Assembly: GCA_965645245.1 (NCBI GenBank)
Contig: OZ287072.1
Span: 1,488,001-1,552,000 of the forward strand
Origin: Massalongia carnosa
Lineage: Eukaryota
Direction: 5' to 3'
Length of the DNA stretch: 64,000 nt
Part shown: positions 51,625 through 63,045 of the stretch, one piece after another
Numbering within the stretch: position 1 is the stretch's first letter
Layout: every line of letters begins with the position of its first letter
Notes under the pieces: generated by a model
What the model saw: the letters and a program-made list of their open reading frames with translations, nothing else
What the model was told of the DNA's origin: nothing
The model's database searches: none
Position numbers and translations under genes: made by a program

Positions 51625-53358
51625 GATTTTCTATGTATGACAAGCTTCGTTAACGTTACTCTGCCCAGGTACAGAGTAAATACAGAGTACCACTAGCTTC
51701 TTCCGCTCATCTTCGAGACGGAAAAGGTACCCGGTACTCGGATATCTCCCACACCCAAAGACTGCAGACTGCAACTGAGACCATGCCGCACAGTTCCAAT
51801 GGAAACAGGTACAGCTCCACACTATTTGATTCTTCCCCAATCGACGCGTGATTCAATAAGGCTAAGATGAACATACACCAAGATCGACTGGTAGCTAAAC
51901 GACGAACCATCCCTCCCAAAATCGTTCGTGGTTTTTAGCCAAGGCTGCCAGTGACTTATCAATGATTGGATAAAATTGATGAATTGGACCAATCGGATGA
52001 TTCAGGTTGGGGTTAAACACCCTCCAGCTTTGTAACCCACCCCCTTCTCGCTTCCCCAACTCACGCTTGCAAAGTGCCAAACACGAAATCATCCACCCCG
52101 AGCCTCGCGAGCCGGCAAACCCAACAAAATCAAGCAATTAATACAGAGCACAGGGTAACCGGACAGCTTTCTAGAGGGGGTATTGGAGCATTTCGTAGGA
52201 GGAGGGGTTGGAGTCGTCGGCGGGGAGAAAAACGCAACACGCAACACGCAACAAGCAACACAAACCGGAAATGCAGGTACGAAAAGCCTCTTCTTCCCCA
52301 GGTCCCCACCGAAACGCATGTAACGCTAAAACCAGCTAACTAAAACACGCCTCGAGCAACGCCAACCCGAAACCATGCCACTTTCGTGACTTCGTCGCAG
52401 GGCCTTGGTCTGGCCAGGGATGTGGATGCACAGCATGCGCTGTCCTCGTGACGTGGAACTAACTAGAGTGGCACCAGGCCCCATTGGGCTCACTCATTTG
52501 TTTGGATTGCGTTTCCGTTATCGATCCATTCCCCACTTCCCCCGTTTTTGGGCGTTGAGCTAGTAGAGCTTTTACTAGTCCATTGGAACGAACGTAGGAG
52601 GGCAGTGGCTCGAATGAAGTGAATAATGGTCCGTACGATTCGGTTGGACAGGTTGGGATTTCAGGGCGCTGGCAGATGAAATGAACGAAGTTTAAACGTT
52701 ACGGTTACCCTGGCTACATGAGCAACTGCTAGACCCGTATGAAGAGGGAGAACTGAAGTACAATGTGTGCAGGAGAAGGTGGGAAATAAAGTTCAACCAA
52801 GGCGCTGGAGCAGTGGATGCAAAGATGGCAATGTCAGCTCACACCATAGCTGCATGGGGGGCCCCTTTAAAAAGCACATGGAGCAAAGCTGTGAGTTGTT
52901 TCAGTCTCAGGCAAGGCACCCAAATGGCGCATGTCATTTCAAGTACGTGAGCTGATCCTGATTCATCTAAATAACCTATTGGCTATGCATTATGCTTGTG
53001 GTATCTTTGGAGGCTATCGCTATGAACGCCTGACTTCCCCATTGACTACCGCAGGAGGAGAGAATTTAATGTGTGCCGATCATCGCTTACTTGGACAGCT
53101 TAGAACCAAACCAGACCAAGTTGAGGTCTTCGTTGGATCTCCGCCGGCATCCTACGGCTCCATGTTTTAACTCTGGCCCCTCGTCATCGGGAAGCATCCC
53201 CAAGGCTAATTAGCATTTAAAGCTATGCGTCATACAAAAGCTTCCAGGAGGATCCGAAGTCTGTTAAGCTTTGACTACTTTGAAGCTGGCTTTGAAGCTG
53301 GTCACGCTGATCGCGTTAATGGTCATCATCGATGAGTGATTTGCATATCTCTATTGCA

Positions 53359-55989
53359 TCAGCCCTTGAAAGTAAAGCTTTTGCCTGCAATCTCCTTTTT
53401 GGTTTTTCGCATCCCTTTGGGTGCGTCCAAGGACTTGGTATACGGATCAAACGACTTCTTGGCTTCCCTCCCACCAATTTTATCTCTCTTAGCTTGGAGC
53501 ATAGATGGCGCATTTGCGTAGTCGAAAGGCTCTTCTTCATTCGGTGCTACCCTATTCTCGGTTTCATTCATTCGACGCAAATCCTCTCGCTTCTGCTCCT
53601 TCTTACGCTGTCTTTTCAGTCTCTTGTTAGCTTTTTTCTGCACGGCGAGATCCTGCGAATCATTAGCTGATTTTACTTCTACCACATCTATCTCTTCCTT
53701 TCTAACATTATTATCGCTGTCAACATGGAGACCATGGCTGGGTGCGCCTGTATTCTCTGAGTCACGATGCTCGTGCATCTCGTCCACTTTCCGTTTTCGA
53801 GAACCTCCAACTTGTTTGACTACGAACACATCGGTTTCTTTAGGCTTTCTTTCTTTGACGTATTGCTGTTCCGCTCGTGCTCCAGGGTCTTGTTGATTCA
53901 CGTTTTCCAGAACACCTTCGCTGCCCGCCTCCTGAAACACTTCGGCTGTAAGCGGTGGAAGTGGTAAAGCGAGACGTATGTTCTCGTACTGCCTTTGCGT
54001 TGCTATTTTCTGATGGAGCGAAGTGCTGTCTTCGAGGGTTGTACCCCAGAAGCTAGACGTCTTTGTTCTTACCGAAGGGTTTCCCGAAGATGACAGTTTA
54101 GCCGATTCATCGTTGGGAGAGGCAGTAATGTTGGATTGGACGTCGAGCGCAAAGATCCTGGCTTTGCCATATACTGCAACATCTCCAACAGCGTCCTGTC
54201 CTGGGTCAATAAGCTCCTTCATCTCTGGCCCTGTAGCACCTGCTATTTTAGCTTCCCTTATCAAATGAAGCAGTTCTCCTGTACGCGAGCGCACGGTGGC
54301 AGAGATGGGATGGGAACAACCAAGTAAAGAAGGCATGTCCATTGGCATTTCTCGAGCAAGATTGAAGATAACATGCTTTGGCATAATCTGATGAATGCCT
54401 TCATCCTCTTTCCTAGCAAGTTTGTCTCTCCACTGATGCACTGCCCTGAAAACTGCGAATTGTTCTTTATTGAACAAACTTGGGGTTCGCCATAGCATAT
54501 TATACCAGCCAGCAGGACCACGTCCACGCAGTGCGTCATAGATTGGGCGCTCATATCGTTGGAGGGTCTCCGCCTTTGACTTTTGAAGAACTTCATCAAT
54601 CAGGTCACCATCTGGTAACGATAAGTCAGATTTCTCAAGGAGTTCATTCCTCAGATTGTCGTATATGTAGAGAAGAAAGTGAGTGTCGGAGCGCGCGTAA
54701 TTAAACATTGCTTCTGGAAGTGGCCTATATTACGGAGAATCAGCGTCTAACAAATTAATTAAGGATATAGCCCCTACCGTATTCGCCAGTCAGCCATCTG
54801 ATATTGTTTATCTGCATCAAAATCAAGAAATCGTTTCAGTAACATGGCCAGGCTGTTTCGTGGATATTTCAAACAACGTGAAGCATGAAAGGTATCAAAT
54901 AATCCAACCACGTATAGGCCAAGATCTCTCTGTAGCCAAACCATGTCCATATAAGCCCCGTGGAAAACCTATCTCGAGATTAGCTTCTTCTAGCCCCCTG
55001 GATACTCTGGCCTACTTTGACAACGTTTGGGTCCGCAAAGACTTCGTTTAATATCTGGAGATCTGTTCTCCATGGCTTAAGAGTGTCTACAATCCAGTCC
55101 CTGTTTCGTGTACTGATCTGCATTAATGAAACCAAACCAACGAAGGAATGTGTATCGTGGTGTTCAAGATCTACGGCTATTTCCTTTGCCTGCTTCAACT
55201 CTTCTAGCATTGCCTTCAGTGCTTCAGGGGTATCAACAAGCGTAGCCTTGGTTGACTCAAATGGCAGAGAAGATATAGGCTCGGACTTTGTATACACCGT
55301 TGGTGGATATTGAGATCCTGTAATTTCAACTTCGTAAGGGTGTTTGTAACTGTAAAGAAAGTCACCCACTGCTCTGGACATGAGGGCGCTCTTTAGCAAC
55401 AAGAGGATTCGTCATACTGCTTGATCCCATCTTGGGTTGTGTTCAGAATGAGACTCTCCACCAACGGAACAATTGCATGAGGCTTTGATCGAAGCAAAGG
55501 CTTGAATGGCGTGGTTTCGGTATTTATCGAGACTTTATTAAATAGAAGCTGTGGCTTTGGAATTTCTCGATCCCGATAACTTCTGGCTGGTAGCTGCCTC
55601 TTCGACAGAGATGCCGGATTTGGAGCTTTATTTTCCTGAGAAGGGCTAAGTCTCTTTATCACGCCTGTATATTCGTCCAAGCACGCATCTGTCTTTTCTA
55701 AAAGATTATCGATTACATCCACAATGCCTTTCCAATTGTCTTCTACTGAATCGACATCTCGGAGCCGAGGAGCTGCAACCTCACTGCCAGCGACCGCAAA
55801 AGTTGTAAGCTGCTTGACAAGATTCAGAAGGTTTGAGGCCTGCTCGTCGAGGATGGGCGCGATCGACGGATTCGATGAACGGTGAAAAGCTAGGTCTTCG
55901 TTGGAGATCTGTCCCACTGTTCGAGTGACATCTACAAGCGCGGAGGATATGCTAGCGTGTACTGCCTTGAATGCCTCATCTTGAGCCAT
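53359..55989 (-). CDS. RRP6: Nuclear exosome 3'-5' exonuclease Rrp6
   Basis: PMC2NT-like N-terminus; DEDD exonuclease motifs [37 protein letters not shown] domain. Three introns join the ORFs. Confidence 0.96.
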
Positions 55990-56203
55990 TAGCTAGTTGA
56001 GGAACAAAAGGGGTCTGATCTGCTTGTCTTCCGATTTGAATAGTATTCTAGCAGAGAATTTGTTAGTCGATGCGATCGCGATATCATTTGCGGCCTAGCC
56101 TTTTTAGGTTTACCGAAATCCTGAGACGCAGATTTACACAGTAAAACTTTTCGTTTTATCCATAAAAACGCCTTCTTCACATTAAGGAGAAGTAAGTATC
56201 AGT

Positions 56204-56659
56204 ATGTCAGCATCTCTCGCACCGGAATGTAATGAAGTCAAAGAGTCTGTGTTAAGCACTCTTCGGTTCACAATGACGCTAAAATACCTCTCAGGCGGTA
56301 CGATTCGTGTTTCTTCAAGTGGTACAGTGAAAGCAAGTATTCTAATCCCATTTAATACATGTAGTAGATATATTGACTGGGCAGAGTTTCTTCGAGGCGA
56401 TTCGACCACCGACGAGTGCGCGCCGTTATTCATACAGTACAAGAACTGCCTTACCGTAACCTACCTTAGCAAGCAGTTACTCTGCCTTCCTTTCTAACTC
56501 TTTGTTGTAGAAAGTGCTTAAGGAACGAGGCATCGACTCAATGTTAGACGATGCTAGGGATAGCAACCGAGAGAACGATGCAGAACACATGAAGCGAAGC
56601 TGTAAGCAACGTGATATGCGCTTGCAAAATAATCCAATAATCTAACAAAATATACAGGA
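56204..56659 (+). CDS. MDM35: Mdm35/TRIAP1 twin-CX9C mitochondrial intermembrane-space protein
   Basis: Exons 56204-56244, 56295-56332, 56385-56455, 56511-56601 and 56658-59 give MSASLAPECNEVKERYDSCFFKWYSEKFLRGDSTTDECAPLFIQYKNCLTKVLKERGIDSMLDDAR..., with two CX9C motifs. Confidence 0.92.
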
Positions 56660-56797
56660 TTTGCCTTTTTATGTGCATATGAATATAACATCCTCGCTTA
56701 TACAGAGAGAGTTTACAAGATTATTTCAAACAAGAGTGCCGCTTTTGTTTGTGTATTTAAGAAGATCGATAGGTGCGGTGTTCGCATCGTGTTCACG

Positions 56798-56816
56798 ACG
56801 CGTCTCCAGGACGCGT
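56798..56816. promoter_or_regulatory. Tandem MCB elements (2 x ACGCGT) in the PRI1 promoter
   Basis: ACGCGT at 56798-56803 and 56811-56816, about 80-95 bp upstream of a DNA-replication gene, as expected for MBF targets. Confidence 0.75.
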
Positions 56817-56892
56817 TTTGAAGTAAAAATACTAGGTGGTTTGATAGAGTTTACCGTCACCCTGCAATCTTCAACCTAGACTTCTAGGAATT

Positions 56893-58609
56893 ATGTCTCA
56901 TCCGACCTCTGCTGAAGCATCATTCTCCTCTAAAAGGGACGACGGCGTACTTCCAGATGCGCCGTCGGCTGACCGGTCCGATAATACCGGAGCTGCAGAG
57001 AGCGATGATTCCACTGATATCTTAATGCATTTTAATGAACCAACGCAAGATGGGAGCAAGACAGAAATAAAGCTGGAAGATCTCTTCAACGATGATGCTG
57101 ATGAAGATGATGATGACGAGTTTTCGAGCTCGGGGCCCACCACAGTTGCCAAGTTAGAGAGCAGCCCTCCAGCAGCACCTTTGTAAGTGCCTCACCCCGT
57201 AGCCCTCCGTTCAGATCACCAACAGAAGCACACAAGACAGCTCGCCCCTTTTGCCAAATATACGGATCCAGAAGTTATGCTAGCATTCTACCAGCGCCTG
57301 TTTCCCTTTCGATACCTATTCCAGTGGCTTAATCATTCAATCAAACCATCGAATGACTTTTCTCATCGAGAATTTGCATTTACGTTGCAGAATGATGCCT
57401 ACCTTCGATACCAGAGCTTCCAGACAGGAGACCTGTAAGCATTCCCCCCATTCTGTGGGAGTAGAAACTGAGCACAACAAGTTTTCGAAAGGATGTGCTG
57501 CGGTTGAATCCCTCGCGGTTTGAAATCGGCCCCGTCTACACCACTAATCCGCGAGATCGCAAAACACTCCGTAAATCGACTGCATTCCGCCCAACGGCCA
57601 AGGAACTAGTTTTCGATATAGACCTGACAGATTACGACGAGATACGGACCTGTTGTAGCAAGGCAAACATCTGTCACAAATGCTGGTCATTTGTGACAAT
57701 GGCTATTAAGGTGGTGGATGTAGCGTTGAGGCAGGACTTTGGCTTTAAGCATATCATGTGGGTTTATTCCGGGCGAAGAGGAGCGCACGCATGGATAAGC
57801 GACAAAAGGGCTAGAGAAATGGATGACCCAAAGAGGAAAGCTATAGCAGGATACTTGGAAGTTATTAAAGGAGGAGCACAGAGTGGCAAGAAGGTTAATG
57901 TTAGGAGACCGCTACACCCTCATCTAGCGTGAGCCGGATAACTGCCTTCGGGTAAGAGATTTTATCGACTGAATTTACTTGCAGACGAAGCCTTGAAATC
58001 TTGAAAGACCATTTCCGAACCGACATTCTCGAGAAGCAAGACCCTTGGGCTGAGCCCGAGAAAGCTGAGCGCCTTCTTCAGCTACTTCCTGACAAGGCCT
58101 TGAATGATGCTCTTCGGAAGAAATGGGATGTAGCTCCCGGGCGGTCTAGTTCCAGCAAATGGGCGGACATCAACGTTTTAGCCAAGGCTGGTGCTAGCAA
58201 AACTTTAGACACTACCGCGCTGCTGGAAGCCATGCAAGACATTGCGCTGGAGTATACGTACCCGCGTTTAGATGTTGAAGTCAGTAAAAAGCAAATCCAT
58301 TTGCTGAAGTCTCCCTTCGTGATACATCCAGGCACAGGGCGAGTCTGTGTGCCCATCGATACGAAACGGTTGGAGAAGTTCAATCCCCTCGGCGTGCCTA
58401 CTGTAACAGAGCTACTAGCAGAGATTGACAACTGGGACGCTGTGGACTCGAAGAGCGGGGAAGGCGGGGAGATGAGAAAGCTGCAGGATTATGAAAAGAC
58501 GAGTTTGAAGCCTTATGTCGAATATTTCAAGACTCATGTCGCCGCCCTGCTTAGGGAAGATAGAGGGGTAAAAAGAGAAGGGGAAGATGGTGATGCCATG
58601 GAATTCTGA
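56893..58609 (+). CDS. PRI1: DNA primase small (catalytic) subunit
   Basis: FYQRLFPF, REFAFT, RFEIGPVY, KELVFDIDLTDYD, VYSGRRGAHAW, YPRLDVEVSK, HLLKSPFVIHPGTGRVCVP. Three introns. Confidence 0.97.
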
Positions 58610-58730
58610 AGATGCTGTTTTGAGCACGATGGATTGAGCTTTGGCGGCGTGATCGTTCGGTGTACTATACTCGCCGTCATATCTGCGTTGCTTCAAGTAA
58701 TTGGAGGAGTCCCCAACATACTAGTCCACT

Positions 58731-59159
58731 TTACGCATTTACAGCATCATCAATCCTCCTTGCCGCCTCTGCAACACAGGCATCCGTATCACCGATATAA
58801 AGCTCCTCAACAGAAACAGTCTTCTCCCTAGACTTGTGTCCCTTGACAATCTCCACATCAGTCTTCCGCACCCCCAAGATCTTATGCGTGGCCTGTTAGC
58901 AAGATCCTTCATATCACGTTATGAGTGGTATTTATCTGTAATTAAAAGAGTTCCATGACTTTGCTACAAGCTCCTTGACAGCCTTGTTGGCTTGATTATC
59001 CCTCGCTAGTGCTGCAATGGCGATTCTGACGGAGTCTGTCCTGACCGCCTCGATGCCTTCTCTTTGACTGTGGGCGTTGGGCATGACATGGCATTTCAAG
59101 AGGAGTTGGGCTGAATCTTACTTTAGGGCTGAGGTATAAGTGATTACGGTTGAAGTTAT
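58731..59159 (-). pseudogene. DUF167/UPF0235 (YggU-like) pseudogene
   Basis: LLLKCHVMPNAHSQREGIEAV...AALARDNQANKAVKELVAK, then ILGVRKTDVEIVKGHKSREKTV. Expected start reads ATA (59157-59), in-frame TAA at 59118-20, damaged splice junction. Confidence 0.8.
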
Positions 59160-59339
59160 GATTTGTGGGGCAACGATAAAAGGTGGATGGAGCACCTGGG
59201 GTCTTGAAGATATATTGGATGATAGCGAAGCAAACTACCGGTTATAGAATTAACTGCGCAGATACTCAACGCGTTCCACAATTCTAAGACCATTATAATC
59301 ATCTCATCCTGCTCAATTACTCCGATTAAAGCCTTTCCC

Positions 59340-59955
59340 ATGGTAACTGTAGCCGTCTCGTCAGAGATATTGGCCAATGCGCCCAGGCTCGCCCTCGACA
59401 CCGCTCCACATATCTACAAAATTGATGCAACAACGGTGGTGAAGAAAGGCGGCGCGACACAGTTGGCGGAAGCTGCGGCTATGAAGCTTGTTCGCAGCCC
59501 TACTTCTATTCCCGTGCCAGAGGTTTATAATGCTTACATGGATGAGAATTCAAACAATGGGTACATAATAATGGAATTTATTGAGGGGGTGGTTCTCCGA
59601 GACGTCTGGGATGGAATGGATTCAATACAAAAAGGGAAAATCATCTCACAACTTAGGACCTTCATGACCGAGTTGCGGACCATCAAAGGAAAATTCATAG
59701 GCTCCGTGGATGGGAGCTACTGCAGTGATCAATTTTTACTGACGACCTTGGAGGCTATGGGCCTTACGAAACCGAGTCGGCATTTAATGAGGACACGATA
59801 ACGGCTTTGCGAGATTGCAAACAAGATATGTACCTTTGTGGATATGGTTGTTAGCTTCATAAGAGCTATGCCGAAGCATAATATAGTCTTCACGCACTCT
59901 GATTTTGCGCCAAGAAATATTTTTGTTCAGGGGTGACAAAGTAGTCGCTATAACA
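59340..59955 (+). pseudogene. Aminoglycoside-phosphotransferase/choline-kinase-like pseudogene
   Basis: AEAAAMKLV, SIPVPEVY, YIIMEFIEG, GYGPYE, VFTHSDFAPRNIFV (HxD...N loop). Frameshifts near 59735, 59830 and 59932; homology stops before the DWE motif. Confidence 0.85.
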
Positions 59956-60469
59956 TATGGGATAAAATATAATCTACGCATCATACCACATTCCATAAAA
60001 AGTAAAAGTACAGCATACGATATCTATTTCAATGTTTCGGAAACGGAGGACGATGAGCGACGCTTAAACCCGAATGCAAAAAACACTGTTGCGAATGCCA
60101 AGCCAGCTAGATCAAATCTGACGTAATGTGCGAATGCCCTCGCGTATTTTACTGATATGGGAATAGTTACATCTGAGAATTTCTGGTATCTTCGATGCTT
60201 AGAAATTCAGGTCTATAGACGTTCGAGGAGAATCTCGAATGTTCTGTGATCAGCATGTATATAACATCACTCTTACGCATAGCTTAGAGATTAGTCGCAA
60301 TAATCTGAATTATTTCATTCATAGAAGTTCTGTACTATCCAGAGACTTCTGGCACTCTGCCACCTATTTTCTGTGCATTGGGTCCATCATTCTCCATCCA
60401 TCCCTCCTATTTTAAACAAACACAATACTCAAATTATTGAAAATCGCCTCAATCATACTATTGAGAATT

Positions 60470-60987
60470 GCTTTATGTTTCGCTGCACCTGCTCTCAGAG
60501 CTGCTTCTGCCTCCAGAAGAACCAGTTCCTCCGGTCCTGCTGGACGAGCCACTACCTCCTCTACCCACGCTACTCCCCTTCTCACCGCTATCGCTAGACT
60601 GCTCAAAACGGGAAGGCTCGATTCGCTAATCGTAATACGCGCTGGTGTCAGGTGGAACGAGCCCCTTCTGTTCCAATTTGGCAAGAAGGGAGTCGTGAAT
60701 CGTTGGCATCGCTGCATGGGAATTGATTGGGCTGCTGCCTTGAATTTGACCTCGTCCTCTGCGCAAATCGTGCCAACGAGATGCTTGGATGCAGTACCGT
60801 AACGATCAAACCGTTTGTTGGCCTGGATTTGGAGAGTGTGTCCTGTACCTTGGGTGAGCCCACCGGTTACGTGATACCGCATACATCAATCTGCCACTTG
60901 TGGAGACAAAAGCAGAATCCAATGAAGAGGGTCGTCCGGCTCACGGCGAGCTCCAAATGCTACAAAAACGTCCAGCTGTTCAGACAT
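60470..60987 (-). pseudogene. Small fungal DUF6540-like protein pseudogene
   Basis: MSEQLDVFVAFG...PLHWILLL...AD*CMRYHVTGG...QRCQRF / LLAKLEQKGLVPP...YYD*RIEPS followed by a Gly/Ser tail. Stop TGA at 60886-88, a frameshift and a second stop. Family name assigned from motif recall only. Confidence 0.6.
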
Positions 60988-62273
60988 ATCGTAGGATGCA
61001 ATGGTAAGAGTATGTATTTAGAAGATTTTGTTGCAGATGGATGATGTGTGTATTTTCTATCCATAAATCTATCTAATGTGTGTGCAATACTGCAATAGGG
61101 AGGCTAGTGAGCGAATCACCTTATACACTCCCTCGTACACGATCGATCGGCTTAGAAAAATGAAGTTATTACACCTCTCTTGAGGTTAAAAGTCTAACAA
61201 ATGTGTCATTCTGATACGTGAAGAAGCGGAAAGCCCCCCCCCAAACCGACTGAACTTGCCTGTCAAAGGCTCTTTCCTGCGGAGACCTCTCCCACATTGC
61301 TGGTACTGATTTGAGAAGAAGTGACTAGCCTCTTTCAATTCTTGATTCCTGATGGAAAGAGCATTCAGCCCCCTTCGGTTTATGATGAAGAAACAACTAG
61401 CCTCCTCCGATTCTGATTCTGAATATTAGAAAAGCAACTGGCTTCCTCGGTTTCTGGTTCTGGATAGGAAAAATCTTGGTTTCTGATGTTTCTGATATTT
61501 CTGATGCTTAACGTGTTGAGTTTTTATCTGATTTAACAGCCAAGGTCTTTCGTAGTGTATGTTCCAGGGTCAGGGCAGACGGTTTTTTGTTTTTGCTTCA
61601 ACCAGGAAGAATGAAATTTTCAGCATTTGTCCTTCTGATGTTTGGGTTTTCCACATTGAGAGCATTTCTCATCCACGGTGTAAGAGGTTTTTGTGTTTTG
61701 AATGGCCTGAACTTCGAAGAGCTAAAACTGGCGAAGTTGAGTTGTCAGCAGCGTTTTAAAGACGTTTCTCTTCTATTAAAATTTCCTTGTATCTTTTCGG
61801 CAGTCATGTTCGATTAAGCGTTTCATACTTAATTAGTGATTTGAATTGAGTGATCTCATCAAGCGACAAAGTAAGGCAAGGAAGAATTCGTTTGTCAAGG
61901 ATCAACACGATCTTGATAGTATGAACTTGTTTCTTCAGGATTTGATGTGGTCAAGAAATTGAGAGATATTGATAAAGTTCACGTAATATTTCCAAGATAA
62001 ATGCATGAATTGTGCATCATCTTCTGGTTGAAACAAATAAGCATTTTGTAGCCATTGCTTTTTTTTACCTTGTTTGTTTAGAACTCAGTCGGTAAAGATG
62101 ATGATTATGACGTCGAGGCCTGCTGGGTCAGAAACCTCTACGTGGTGCAGGCTATCAACACCTCCTCGGAGGTGGCCAATATCTGATCATCGCCAACGCG
62201 GAAGTCCACCTCGGTGTCCATTTGAACGATCAACGTCTCTACTGATCATTCGTCACCTCGAAGGCACACATAC

Positions 62274-62360
62274 AAAGCCCATTCATTCGGAATGGCCACA
62301 CCCCTCAGGCGGAAGCCTTTCACCACATCGAAAAAGCCCATTCATTTAGAATGGCCACAC
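62274..62360. repeat. 28-bp direct repeat pair AAAGCCCATTCATT(CG/TA)GAATGGCCACAC
   Basis: Copies at 62274-62301 and 62333-62360 differ only by CG versus TA. Confidence 0.85.
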
Positions 62361-62888
62361 TTACACATCTTCATTTATACGACACCACGATCTGCCCTCG
62401 ATCACGGCCAGTCTTTCCTCCATTGAATCAAAAGATTTAAAGAGAGAGAACGTTCGTCGAACGTGTGGAAATACACTGTCTAGTTCATCGAGTCTATAGG
62501 ATTCCTAGCGCTTGAAGATCTGGGTGTATGCACCGCGTGGTAGAAGGACGGTCTCGTTGCGTTCAACATGGAACAAGGGAGTGGTTTTACCCTGGGGGCC
62601 AGGTTTCCACTTCCTGACTGTTGTTTATGTACATAAATAGCAGTCACAGCGTCATGTCCTTAGGATGCATACGCTTAATGAATTAATAATAATAATTATG
62701 ACGTCGGCTGCATTCATGATCTCGGTCAGGACCATGTGTCATGGTGTGTAGGATATCGTCGCTAAGTGGTACATTATTAAAGCGGTTAGACTGAAGTTGT
62801 TTGAAATGTAACGCGAGCGGACGGTATAAGTTTAGTCCGGCCCTGTTAGCGGGCTAAAAGGCGTAATCCACAGTTGAAAACAGCCCTA

Positions 62889-62890
<2 letters not shown>

Positions 62891-62940
<50 letters not shown>
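62891..62940. repeat. (CTA)16 microsatellite
   Basis: Perfect trinucleotide run ending about 105 bp upstream of the esterase ATG. Confidence 0.97.
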
Positions 62941-62941
<1 letters not shown>

Positions 62942-63045
62942 ATATCAGAAGGCCTAGGGGACGTTCAGGCTGGCCCTGTGAAAATGAAAATGAAAATGTG
63001 ATAGCGCGGAGAAATTTTGTGAATGCCGGTTTTTCGGGGAGGTCT

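Noticed and set aside
9581..58696. Many 60-170 aa antisense or overlapping ORFs in the track
   Set aside because: They are shadows of real genes on the opposite strand or in alternative frames.
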